Part shown: positions 7,629-17,307 of the stretch, in pieces
How positions within the stretch are numbered: position 1 is the stretch's first letter
How the letters are laid out: each line of letters starts with the position of its first letter
From: an uncultured Verrucomicrobiae bacterium
GTDB lineage: Bacteria; Verrucomicrobiota; Verrucomicrobiia; Chthoniobacterales; Chthoniobacteraceae
Assembly: GCA_963828525.1 (NCBI GenBank)
Contig: CAWHEP010000014.1
Coordinates: 32,001 to 96,000, forward strand
Direction of reading: 5' to 3'
DNA length: 64,000 nucleotides
Notes under the pieces: model-generated
What the model was told of the DNA's origin: nothing
The model's database searches: none
The model's input: only the letters and a program-made list of their open reading frames with translations
Position numbers and translations under genes: made by a program

Positions 7629-9138
7629 ATGATCCGCTTCGTTGTAACCAAAGGGCATCGCTACACACTCCAGGATGTGCTGAGATCGGGAAAGGCTCCC
7701 GGGGCGCGGGTGGTGAACTATGGAGACATCCTTCGCGCGGAGCGGTTGCGAACCGCCACGTATATCTTTTCCGACCTTGACCGGCTTAGCTACTGGGAGC
7801 TGGAGATCGCGGGTGGGCTCTGCGCGCGCTTGCGCGACGCGGGCTTTACCGTGCTGAATGATCCCGCTCGCGCGCGGATGCGTTACTCGTTGCTGCGCGC
7901 GTTGAGCGCCGCGGGGCTGAACGATTTTACCTGCCATCGAGCCGATGAGTTGCCGCCTTCCATGAGGATGCCCGTCTTCGTGAGGAAAATACGGGGTCAC
8001 GGAATGCCATTGAGTGATCTGCTGGGGTCGATGGACGAGGCGCGGGAAGTCATCTCGCGGGCGGGCCGGGCGGGTGTTCCGGCGGAAAACCTCATGGTTA
8101 TAGAATATGCAGGCGAACCGGTTGCCGGAGGCCGATTCCGCAAGCTGGCCGCCTTCCGGCTCGGCCCGCGCATCGTCCATTATATCGGGGTCAACGACAC
8201 GCAGTGGCTCGTGAAATATGGAAGCGCGGAGGGGGTGAGCGAGGATCTTGTATCAGGAAGAACGCGAGATGATCCTCACAAATCCCCACAGCGCCCACCT
8301 CATGCGCGCTTTCGAGATTGCGGGTATCGAGTATGGGAGAGCGGACTTTGGATTCCGCGACGGACGCATCCAAATTTTCGAGATTAACACGAATCCCTTT
8401 GTGTCCGCGCCGCCCAGCCACAACTCCCGCGTGAGAGTTGAGAACATGCAGCTCGCCTGGGAAAAATATCTGGACGCGCTCGCAGCAATTGATTCTCCCT
8501 CCGGCCCGCCTTTTTCAGCGCGAGGCGGGCGTCTCCCGCAAGAGATCCGGGATTTGATGAATCAGGACATTTTTGAAATGGAGGCGAGAAGACGAAATAC
8601 CAGGAAGGCGGAGCGGATCATAAAGGCTCAAGGAGAGGAGATCGAAAAGCTGCGGCTGCAACTCGAAGTGTTGTCGGCGGAGAAGCGTTATGCCCTTGGA
8701 GAAATCCTCGATTTCTCGAGCGGCGGTAGCGCGGGGCACTTTACGGGGACAGGCTGGAGCGCGCCCGAACCCTGGGGCACATGGACAGATGGCGCCGTGT
8801 CGCGCCTGTCACTTCTGCTCGAGGCGGTTCCGGAAGCCGGGGCCCGCCTTGTAATGGACGCGCGAGCCCTCGTCCTGCCATCTCATTCGACGCAGCGCGT
8901 CACCGTAACGATGTGCGGCAAGGTTCTGGGAACCCATGTATTTACAAGCCCCGAGTTCGAAAGGGTGACCTTCGCGGCGCCGGCGGGCACGATTCCTGGA
9001 ATGAGATGCGAGATTGCTTTCAGCTTGCCGGACGCAATCTCCCTGAAAGCGGTCGGCAGCTCCGAAGATGATCGACTTCTCGCGCTCGGCTTTAGAAGTT
9101 TGCAGATCGTGGAGACGCCCCAGATCGACCCGTCCTGA
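7629..9138 (+). CDS. ATP-grasp-fold protein with coiled coil and C-terminal GWSxxEPWGTWTDG domain, frameshifted near 8250
   Basis: VLNDP, PVFVR, LMVIEY in ORF 7629-8387; YGRADF...IQIFEINTNP (ATP-grasp ExN motif) in ORF 8248-9138. Confidence 0.65.
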
Positions 9139-9141
9139 CGC

Positions 9142-11080
9142 ATGCGTGTCGTATCCATCACTTGCGTCCGGAACGAGGAAGACATCATTGAGGCGTTCGC
9201 GCGCCACACCCTGTTCTTTTGCGAGAAAATGCTCCTGCTCGACCATGGCAGCACCGACGCAACGCGCGACATACTGGAAGAGATGAAGAGGGAAGGTCTC
9301 CCCTTGGAAATAGTCGAAGACAACAGGCTTGGCAGATTACAGGCCGACCACATAAACAGGCTGCTCCAGAAGGCGGCTTTCGACTATGAGGCCGATTGGA
9401 TTTTCTGCCTCGACGCCGATGAGTTCATCGGGACCAGCGAGACCGGTTTTCTGCCGCAAGCAGGAGCAGGCGCCACATGCCTCAAGATTCCGAGCCGCAG
9501 CTATTACACGAACCCTTCGGATGATCCGGCCGACATGAACCCGGTGACCCGGATCCGGTGGAGGCTAAGGGATGAACCCCGGCAGAATGAAGTGGGCACA
9601 TGGAAGGTGATCGTCCCTGGAGCGCTGGCGCGAATGGATGGCGCGCTTGTTTCGCAGGGGAATCATTCACTCATGCTTTCGGGAAGAAAGGCCCCTGCCG
9701 AGCCGCTTGGCAACGCATGGCTGGCGCACTTCTCTCTTCGCTCGGCGGGACAGCTCGCGACGAAACTCACGGGGAAGTACCTCCAGAAACTTCGACAAAT
9801 CTCCACCATGGGAGATGAAGGCACCGCTTATGACGCGCTGTATCAGCAATTGAAGGCGAGCTATTCAGGCTTCGAGAAGGCTTTTCCCAGCACGAGTATC
9901 CCTTATCTTTGTATCCACGATCCCGCCGATTCGGTGCTTGAACCGCTGATCTATCGAGGATCGACTCTGCGCCACACCCGCGCGACGGGTGGCACGGATG
10001 CGTTCATCACTCAACTGCTTTCCCTCTCGGAGATGTTTGCCCGCAGCGGGGGCAACTCGGCGGCAGGGTCTAACGGAACCGCCAGATTGTGGATTCGCGC
10101 GAGCGTCCCGGCGAGCGAGAGCTGCTCCTCCGACCACGCTATCGAACCGAATTCCGCGCTGGAGAGTGTCCTCTCCGCGCCCTTGGGTGGCAGTTCGCAA
10201 CTGCGTCTTTTCTTGAGAGGAGAGCCTGGACTCGTGGAAATCAGTTCCTTGTCCATTGTGAGCGGTGATCTGCGGAGAACGCTTTCGATGGACGAGATGG
10301 CGGGCGTGGTCAAGCCAAGGAACAATTGCGCGACGATCTATTCGGCGAACTCCTGCCGTTTGCTCATATCGCGTGAGCCTTCGGAGATTGACCTCATAAA
10401 TCTGCCGAGTCTCAACCCTGGATCCACGCAGATTCTGGAGGCGCGGCTGCGATACGACACCCGCCTCGCAGCGCCAGTGCTCTTGAGCACGGACGTGCTC
10501 AACGAACTGACATCCACGCGGGAGCGGCTCGCCCAGGTCTCCGTTGAGAAGGCGAAAGGAGACCGGGAAGTCCGTGCACTGGAAGCGCTGATCGCCACGC
10601 GGAGGGATCTGAAAAGCTTCAACGCCGGCTCTACCATCGATTTTCGCAAGGGCGGGGACGCGGCTGGCTATATGCGAGGAGGATGGAGCGAGATGGAGCC
10701 ATGGGGCACATGGACGGATGGCTCTTGCGCCCGGATGGAAATGACCTGGGAAGAAATCCCGGAGACGAGATCTGCGGTTGCAGGTCCTATGCCGGGCCTT
10801 TATTTCAAACCCCGCGCATGTCCAAACCAGCGCGCGGCTGCGAGTGAACCGCGAGGAAATCGGGGTGTGGGATGTAGACTCGGCAGAGCTGCGCTGGTAC
10901 GAGGCCACCATCCCGGCTGCTCTGCTAGGGAAAGCGGCGCAACTTTTGATAACATTCGAGCTCGAGAACCCCGTTTCGCCGGCCGCCCTGGGGCTGGGCG
11001 CCGACGACCGGCTCCTTGGCCTGGGGGTTGCGAGCGCCCGCGTCGCCGAAGACGTCAGTCAACCCATTCTCGAAAAATGA
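9142..11080 (+). CDS. Glycosyltransferase family 2 with coiled coil and C-terminal GWSxxEPWGTWTDG domain, frameshifted near 10775
   Basis: CVRNEEDII, LDHGSTD, WIFCLDADEF, QGNH; C-terminus continues in ORF 10778-11080 (DDRLLGLG). Confidence 0.8.
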
Positions 11081-12317
11081 CGCTCACATTTGTTCCGCCA
11101 AACCCGCTGGAATTGCTCATCGCGACGCGCGGCGCGGCTTCTATGGGAGCGGTTACGATCGGGATGCCAGCGCATTCAGGATCGAGGTCGGTGATATTCG
11201 CGGAGACAGGCGTGAACTTCTCGCGGATCGCCAGGCAGCAGAACGCGGCCTCCATCGCGCCCGCCAGGGAAAGGCCATGTCCCGTCAAGGACTTGGTGCT
11301 GCTGACGAAAGGTTTCTTCTCCTCTGGGAACACCGACCGGATCGCGCGGACTTCCGCGATGTCGCCGACAATGGTCGATGTCGCATGCGCGTTTATATAA
11401 TCCACATCATCCCGGCTGATGTTGGAATAGTGGATCGCGTTCTCCATGGCGCGGGCAAGTCCCTCGCCGTTTGGCTCCGGCATCATCACATTGTAGCCGT
11501 CTGACGCCTCTCCCCACCCGATCATCTCCGCATGGATTGGCGCTCCGCGGCGCAACGCGTGTTCCACCTCCTCCAGCACCATCACAGTGGCGCCTCCGGT
11601 GACCACGAAGCCGTCCCGCCTGCTGTCAAACGGGCATGGGTTGCGCGTGGGATCCGTCTGAGCTGTAAGAGCCCGCGCGCCCGCGAAGGGAATGATGTTA
11701 TGGAAGTTGCAGTCTTCCGCGCCGGCGACGAAGACGATGTCCTGGCGTCCCAATTGAATCCTGTCGAACGCTGCGGCGAGGGCATGGGAAGAGGAGGAAC
11801 AGGCGCTGGAAAAACCAAGTGAGCCTCCCTTGATGCCAAAACAGGGGACGAGATTCATGTTCACCGTCCCTGCTATGCTGGAGACCATAGCCAGGGGAGG
11901 GCAGCGGAGCACACCGCGCTTTATCATGATGTCCATGTACTCGTATTGCAGCCAGGAGGAGCCATTCGAGGCGCACATGGCTCCCGTCCGCGGGTTGGAG
12001 ACGAGTTCCCTGGTTAGACCGGCGTCCTCGATCGCCTGCTCCATCGCGCAGTAGGCATAGAGAGCGTTTGGGGACATTGAGCGCAGGTTTTCACGCGCTA
12101 TTTTGTATTGAGAAGGATACTCCCAGCCTTCGCTGCGGATTTCTGGAAATTCAAACCCTTTCACCAATCCGGCGAGCCGGACGGCGCTGCCGGATTTTTC
12201 CAGCTCTTTGAGGTAAGCGATGCCGCCCCGAACGTTGCGGAGGCTGTCCAGCACCGAAGCTTTGTCATTGCCGATGCTGCTTATGAAACCGAGGCCGGTG
12301 ACCGCGACCCTCTTCAT
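11055..12317 (-). CDS. Beta-ketoacyl-ACP synthase (FabB/FabF family)
   Basis: SSACSSS, YINAHATST, TKSLTGH, SNSSGFGGTN. Confidence 0.92.
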   Translation of the reverse strand: MKRVAVTGLGFISSIGNDKASVLDSLRNVRGGIAYLKELEKSGSAVRLAGLVKGFEFPEIRSEGWEYPSQYKIARENLRSMSPNALYAYCAMEQAIEDAGLTRELVSNPRTGAMCASNGSSWLQYEYMDIMIKRGVLRCPPLAMVSSIAGTVNMNLVPCFGIKGGSLGFSSACSSSSHALAAAFDRIQLGRQDIVFVAGAEDCNFHNIIPFAGARALTAQTDPTRNPCPFDSRRDGFVVTGGATVMVLEEVEHALRRGAPIHAEMIGWGEASDGYNVMMPEPNGEGLARAMENAIHYSNISRDDVDYINAHATSTIVGDIAEVRAIRSVFPEEKKPFVSSTKSLTGHGLSLAGAMEAAFCCLAIREKFTPVSANITDLDPECAGIPIVTAPIEAAPRVAMSNSSGFGGTNVSVIFREWVD

Positions 12318-12360
12318 CGGGACAACATCGACAGTTCCTTAGAGGCCCGGACGGGCGGCG

Positions 12361-12729
12361 TCAGACCTGCTCCCGGCTATTTGCCTTTTCTCCCAGCATT
12401 TGAACCACGTCGCCGATTGTCTGCAGCTTCCTCAGTTCGGTATCATCCACGGTGACATCCAGCGCGTCCTGCACATCCAGCATGATCTCCAGCATCGTCA
12501 GGGAATCCACTCCCAGAGAGGAGAGCGGCGTGTCGGGCCCCGCGGTATCAACGAACTCCTTTGCCTCGTCCCGCAGGTAGCGCCGCAGCACGCCACGGAC
12601 GATCACGGGAATGACAGAATCGTCACCGTCCCGTCTAAACTTCAGAATGGCATCCACCGTCTCGGGGCCGCACCGCTTGAAGTCTTTGGAAAGCTTTTCG
12701 ACTTCTTCGGCGCTCAACTCGGTTGGCAT
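12361..12729 (-). CDS. Acyl carrier protein with N-terminal extension
   Basis: LGVDSL phosphopantetheine motif; adjacent to KAS. Confidence 0.88.
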   Translation of the reverse strand: MPTELSAEEVEKLSKDFKRCGPETVDAILKFRRDGDDSVIPVIVRGVLRRYLRDEAKEFVDTAGPDTPLSSLGVDSLTMLEIMLDVQDALDVTVDDTELRKLQTIGDVVQMLGEKANSREQV

Positions 12730-13018
12730 AACATTCAGGGGAGCAATCCTAGGGAGCGCGCCCAGGTTGTCAAGGATGGGCGGGGGGCGCCACGACTTGT
12801 CGGGCGTGATTGAATTGACTGGACTAATACCGAAGTGACGAACGCGCTCCTGAAACTGACCCGGTTCGCAGCGAAATTAAGGTCTGGCCTGAAAAGCCAA
12901 CCCGCGAAGCGGCAATACCCGCAAGGCCGTCAGGCAAGCAGGTAAAAGGCTTTTTCTCTTGGCCGCATCCATCTTCGGCAACTATTTAAGCGACTAAAAA
13001 AGAAGAACGCGGGCGCGA

Positions 13019-13189
13019 TCAATCAATTTCCGCTTTGACCTGTTCCCAGGGAAGCAGCGGTTTGCCGGCATTCTCGGCGATGGCTTCTTCGAGATCCCGC
13101 AGGTCTTCGAGGTCTTCCACGCGCTCTTGAAGCCGCGTCACCGTCTGGCTGAGAGATTCGATTTTTTCGAAGATGGCGGTTTCACTCAT
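13019..13189 (-). CDS. Putative antitoxin (56 aa, acidic)
   Basis: MSETAIFEK...LEDLEDLRDLEEAI...LLPWEQVKAEID-type sequence typical of RelB-like antitoxin C-termini; overlaps toxin stop. Confidence 0.65.
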   Translation of the reverse strand: MSETAIFEKIESLSQTVTRLQERVEDLEDLRDLEEAIAENAGKPLLPWEQVKAEID

Positions 13190-13429
13190 AGGCTTCCTTC
13201 CGGTCTTTAACAGCATAGACTTGGATCGCTTCTCCTGCCAGTACAAAGAGGATCCGGTGCGAGCCGACGCGAAGCCGGTAGCGACCGCCTTTGTCTTTGA
13301 GTTTGAGCACATCGCCACGAAGATCATCACGCATCATTTCGATGCGTTCTCCGATGTTGCGGCGCAGTCTTTTGACATTGCGCGCAACTGCTCACGGGCT
13401 TTTTGGCTGATCTCGATCCGGTAACGCAT
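13182..13429 (-). CDS. RelE/ParE-family toxin, one-base frameshift near 13367
   Basis: MRYRIEISQKAREQLRAMSKD/RRNIGERIEMMRDDLRGDVLKLKDKGGRYRLRVGSHRILFVLAGEAIQVYAVKDRKEAYE* by hand translation; 248 nt. Confidence 0.8.
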
Positions 13430-13477
13430 GGATTTATCCTTCCGGTTCGCCCGCCTTCTGGCAATGCCGTTTCGTTC

Positions 13478-13590
13478 GTGCCGGATGAGTCGCCGTGCGG
13501 ACCTGTTTCAACCGCTGGGAAGACTTGGGCGTAAATTTGGGTCGTCGAGAGTTCGGCGTGTCCGAGCAATTTCTCGATGAAGCAGGGGCG
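13478..13590 (-). pseudogene. C-terminal remnant of a tyrosine recombinase (XerC/D-like)
   Basis: IEKLLGHAELSTTQIYAQV (box II) then frameshift to LKQVRTATHPA; N-terminal part absent. Confidence 0.75.
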
Positions 13591-13647
13591 CATTTTCGCA
13601 GCCCAATGGTATGCCTTTGCTTGAAAATGCCCCTTTGCCTCGTCAAA

Positions 13648-14109
13648 CTACGTTATACATAAAGGCACCGCGATCCCCTCTGCCTCGGCCAGCTTTTTCT
13701 GATTCGCATCGAAAGTGAGGAACTCTGTTGCTCCCAGTTGGAGCGCGGTCGCGACGTGAAGGATGTCAGCAAGACGATGACCCGCCGCGAGAGTGTGGGC
13801 ACTGCTCAAAGCCTCAGCCCGTTGATGCACGGCCGACCAATCCACCGGAAGGGTGGTGAGAAGCCCGGCATTTAAGTCGATTTGCAGGTCGTTAAGCATT
13901 TGTTGCCCTTCGTTCTGCGGGAAGCCTCGAGTCCGGTCGTTGAGATGCAGGCGAAGTTGCAGGCGCACGGATTGCCGGAACTCCAGCAAGAGAAGGCTGG
14001 AAACTCCGAGTGTGCCGCTTAGTCCAGCCATGAATTGATCGGCCCGGGCCGAATTTATCTGAGTTCGATACAATGCGCACAGGAAGGACGTGTCAGGAAG
14101 GCAACTCAC
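13648..14109 (-). CDS. VapC-family PIN-domain toxin
   Basis: PDTSFL, LLLLEF, ADILHVATA, FLTFD; GTGA overlap with upstream antitoxin. Confidence 0.88.
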   Translation of the reverse strand: MSCLPDTSFLCALYRTQINSARADQFMAGLSGTLGVSSLLLLEFRQSVRLQLRLHLNDRTRGFPQNEGQQMLNDLQIDLNAGLLTTLPVDWSAVHQRAEALSSAHTLAAGHRLADILHVATALQLGATEFLTFDANQKKLAEAEGIAVPLCIT

Positions 14110-14363
14110 CCTTCTTCTCCTTCGAGTTCATCAGCGCGCATCGCAGCCACTTCAGCCTCCGTAAAGACACGATCGCCCCATATTGCGCGCCGACGGGCAG
14201 CGAAGTCAGGTTTTGCGGGCTGAGTCAAGGCCCCGGGACGCCATGCCGTCAGGACGGCAATTGGCTGCCCTCGCCTGTCGATGCGGACGTCTTCACCCTC
14301 TAAAAGCCACGCCTCAAGCATGGAGAAGGAGTTGCGCAAATCTCGGACGGTTGCTGTTTTCAC
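14106..14363 (-). CDS. Phd/YefM-family antitoxin
   Basis: GTG start: KTATVRDLRNSFS...GEDVRIDRRGQPIAVL. Confidence 0.82.
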   Translation of the reverse strand: MKTATVRDLRNSFSMLEAWLLEGEDVRIDRRGQPIAVLTAWRPGALTQPAKPDFAARRRAIWGDRVFTEAEVAAMRADELEGEEG

Positions 14364-14692
14364 GATGTGGACAAATAATGTCCACATGATTCCTTCGTCA
14401 AGTCCCGTTAAGCTCTGGTGAATGGGCCAACTTGGTCCGCAAAGCACCGCGGCGTATCCACGGTTGCCGGCCACCCGCAGAACACGGAGGTGGTTGCAAT
14501 CGAAAGTAGGGCGTTAAGCAGCACACCCAGCCGCATGCTGATCGCATTCACTGCCACGGTGCTGACGGGCCCCTAGTTTCGCGGTTGTTTTTCGGCCCTT
14601 TTTGGATACTCTGACTCCACACTTATGGCGCTCCGGTTCATCTACAGCAGAAATTGCCGTTTCGTCTCCGGACGCATCTGAAAGTTTAAACC

Positions 14693-15859
14693 GTGAATAC
14701 TCAATTGTTGCCGGAGGGCGGGCCTCTGGATCATGCTCCTTCGACGAACCAGATCGACTCGATCCGCGTGAATTTGGGAGAGCGCTCTTACGACATCCTC
14801 GTCGGCAACGGGTGGTTTGATGAGTTTGGGAGTTTGCTGAAGCGCAAGCATCCGGAATTTGAGAATGTGATGGTGTTTACCAGTCCCACCATTGGCGGGC
14901 TTTACTACGCCCGCCTGGAGCAGTCTTTGTCCGCCGCGGGCTACCGGAAGGTTCGGCGATATGACATCCCTGATGGGGAGGAGAACAAGTCGCTTCGCCA
15001 ATTCGCGGATTGCTGTGAAGCTATCGTGAAGTTTTTTCCGCGATCCGAGTCGACGCCCGTGGTGCTGAATCTGGGAGGTGGAGTTGTCGGGGATATGGGA
15101 GGTTTCGTGGCTTCCACGTTCCTTCGCAGCGGGGTTCCCTACATCCAGATACCGACCACATTGCTTGGATGTGTGGATTGCGGAGTGGGCGGAAAAGTTG
15201 GCGTTAATTCCCATGCCGTCAAAAACATCATCGGGCGCTTCTATCAACCTCAACTGGTCTTTGCCGACCTGAGTCTCCTGCAAACGCTCCCGCTCAGGGA
15301 GATCCGTTCCGGGGTTGCTGAAGTGATCAAATACGGAGTGGTCTGCGACGCGCCTCTGTTTGAGTTCCTGGAAAAGCATATCGAAGACCTTCTTTCGCTG
15401 AGGGAGCCCGTCCTCTCCCATGTGGTCTCGGAGTGTTATCGCATCAAGGCCCGGGTTGTGGAAAGTGACGAGGAGGAGCATCGGGGGCTGCGGAATGTTC
15501 TAAACTATGGTCACACGGTAGGACACGCCCTTGAGATGGCGGCGCACTTTGAGATGACACACGGGGAGGCGATTTCCGTCGGGATGATCGCTGCAAATAG
15601 AATCGCGCTGAAGCTCGGAGTGTGTGGACAGGCTCTCTGTGAACGGGTTTCGGACTTGCTGCAAAGAGCCGGACTTCCGATCCGCGCCGGGAATAATATT
15701 TCGCTTGAATCCCTGGTCGAGACCATGATGCACGACAAGAAGTTCAGGGAGGGAAGGAACCTTTTCGTATTGCCGACGACCATTGGGAACTGGAAACCGC
15801 AAAGGGACATCCCCATGCCGATCCTGCGCGAGGCAATCGGGTCGTGTCTCGAAGCTTGA
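14693..15859 (+). CDS. aroB: 3-dehydroquinate synthase
   Basis: DGEENK, GGGVVGD, IPTTLL, GGKVGVN, EVIKYG, LNYGHTVGHALE, HGEA, HDKK. Confidence 0.9.
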   Translation: MNTQLLPEGGPLDHAPSTNQIDSIRVNLGERSYDILVGNGWFDEFGSLLKRKHPEFENVMVFTSPTIGGLYYARLEQSLSAAGYRKVRRYDIPDGEENKSLRQFADCCEAIVKFFPRSESTPVVLNLGGGVVGDMGGFVASTFLRSGVPYIQIPTTLLGCVDCGVGGKVGVNSHAVKNIIGRFYQPQLVFADLSLLQTLPLREIRSGVAEVIKYGVVCDAPLFEFLEKHIEDLLSLREPVLSHVVSECYRIKARVVESDEEEHRGLRNVLNYGHTVGHALEMAAHFEMTHGEAISVGMIAANRIALKLGVCGQALCERVSDLLQRAGLPIRAGNNISLESLVETMMHDKKFREGRNLFVLPTTIGNWKPQRDIPMPILREAIGSCLEA

Positions 15860-16365
15860 AGAAAGGCGGATCGCGCCCGGGGTCTGTGACTGCCCCCTGG
15901 GATCTTGCGCCTCTGCGGAAAGGCGGCCCAGATGGGACGTCGATAGCCGCCAGCTCTTCCTTTGGGCAGCGGCAGACGCGTAAACGCGACGCCATCCTCG
16001 GGGTGCTGGCGGCGGCGAATGGTCCGCTGTCGGCGCCGGAGATTCATAGTCTGGCTCGCGAAGCCACTCCTCTGGGGATCGCCACGGTGTATCGGACAAT
16101 CAGCCTCCTTCTCGAGGCCAAACACATCCAGAGCGTCATCCTGCCAAGCGGGGAGACGCGCTACGAATCGGCTGATCTGGGGCATCATGATCATTTCCAA
16201 TGCCGGATTTGCAGGCATGTCTTCGATCTGAGCGTGTGTCCGCTGCATCTGGCCAGCGGGACGATCATCCCGGGGGGCTTCCTGGTGGAGGATCACGAGA
16301 TGATCCTCTATGGGATCTGTCCCCGGTGCGCGCAGAAAAAGCGCGCGCCCACGCGAAAGAAATAA
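15844..16365 (+). CDS. Fur-family metal-responsive regulator
   Basis: GIATVYRT, HHDHFQCRIC, YGICPRC; true start probably downstream of 15844. Confidence 0.9.
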   Translation: MSRSLKKGGSRPGSVTAPWDLAPLRKGGPDGTSIAASSSFGQRQTRKRDAILGVLAAANGPLSAPEIHSLAREATPLGIATVYRTISLLLEAKHIQSVILPSGETRYESADLGHHDHFQCRICRHVFDLSVCPLHLASGTIIPGGFLVEDHEMILYGICPRCAQKKRAPTRKK

Positions 16366-16391
16366 CGCTTTCAGCACGACGCGGACAAGGC

Positions 16392-16424
16392 TTGCGCTCC
16401 TGCTAATGATAATGCACTATCATT
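16392..16424 (+). promoter_or_regulatory. Fur-family operator palindrome overlapping a candidate promoter
   Basis: AATGATAAT-GC-ACTATCATT (16405-16424), 9-bp arms with one mismatch; TTGCGC-N17-CACTAT; 3 nt before ATG 16428. Confidence 0.65.
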
Positions 16425-16427
16425 CCC

Positions 16428-17303
16428 ATGCGGAGCGCGATGACATGCCTTTTTGTTGTTTCAATGCTGGCGCTGCCCGGGTCGAAGCTGATGGGCGAAG
16501 CCATTCCCATCGCGAGCTTTTCAACGATCACCACGGAACTGGCCAATGAGATTGGGAAGGAACGCGTCCAGGTAAGCGGCCTGGTTCGGCCGGGAGTCGA
16601 TCCGCACGAATACGAGCCGCGTCCCGTCGATCTTGAGAAAGTCGGAGCGGCCCGGCTCATCCTTGCGTCGGGCAAGAACATGGAGAGCTACGTCGCGAAG
16701 CTGCGCCAGGCGGCGTTGAACAACGCGGAACTGCTGCCTGTGGGTGATTTTGTGCCATCGCTCAAGGTGAATAGCGGGGAGGCAGGCGAGGATCCGCACT
16801 GGTGGCATAGCATCGCCGACATGAGAAGAGCGGCGGTGGTCGTGCGAGATGAATTGACGAAGCTCGACCCTTCGGGGAAGGAGGAGTTCGCGGGAAATGC
16901 CAGGCAGTATCTCGCAAAGCTGGATGGGCTTGACCGGTGGGCGAAGACGGAGATCGCCAAGCTGCCGCGGGATCAGCGCAAGCTGGTGACATCGCATGAC
17001 GCCTTTCAGTATTTCGCCCGGGATTACGGCTTTACGATTTACCCAATCGAGGGCGTGAGCACGGAGGAGGAGCCGTCTTCAAAGAAGATTTCCGACCTTA
17101 TAGCCATCATCAAGCAGCAGGGTGTGAAAGCTGTATTTTTCGAGAACGCCCAAAACCCGAAAGTGATCGCGGAGATTACGAAGCAAACAGGGGCCGCGGT
17201 GGGAGGAGAGCTTTACGCGGACGGGCTGGGGATTGGGGACGCGGCCACCTATGATGGAATGTTCCGCCACAACGTGACGACAATCGTGGAGGCCTTGAAG
17301 TAA
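16428..17303 (+). CDS. Zn/Mn/Fe ABC transporter substrate-binding protein (cluster A-I)
   Basis: DPHEYEP, DPHWW, TSHDAFQYF, LYADGL. Confidence 0.93.
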   Translation: MRSAMTCLFVVSMLALPGSKLMGEAIPIASFSTITTELANEIGKERVQVSGLVRPGVDPHEYEPRPVDLEKVGAARLILASGKNMESYVAKLRQAALNNAELLPVGDFVPSLKVNSGEAGEDPHWWHSIADMRRAAVVVRDELTKLDPSGKEEFAGNARQYLAKLDGLDRWAKTEIAKLPRDQRKLVTSHDAFQYFARDYGFTIYPIEGVSTEEEPSSKKISDLIAIIKQQGVKAVFFENAQNPKVIAEITKQTGAAVGGELYADGLGIGDAATYDGMFRHNVTTIVEALK

Positions 17304-17307
17304 AAAG

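Larger units (their letters stand above)
6295..7640. repeat. Diverged tandem duplication: unit 1 = 6295-7074, unit 2 = 7076-7640
   Basis: 7076-7217 matches HExxH segment 6295-6441; peptide pair and promoter repeated; 21-nt TGATCAACCATGATCCGCTTC identical at 7054-7074 and 7620-7640. Confidence 0.9.

Noticed and set aside
6569..7632. Plus-strand ORFs 6569-7048 and 7411-7632 that resemble each other (LTWS..SSLLQSSL)
   Set aside because: Antisense shadows of the peptide genes; synonymous variation fits the minus-strand frame.
6295..7640. Repeats as a possible CRISPR array or IS ends
   Set aside because: The repeats are coding paralogs without regular spacers, terminal inverted repeats, cas genes or a transposase.
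10780..11400. 752-aa GT2 ORF overlapping the KAS gene by ~345 nt
   Set aside because: Frameshift read-through; the homologous C-terminal domain ends at 11080 in another frame.
14693..15859. aroB as a secondary-metabolite sugar-phosphate cyclase (LLGCVDCG variant motif)
   Set aside because: Other DHQ synthase motifs are canonical and no tailoring genes are adjacent.
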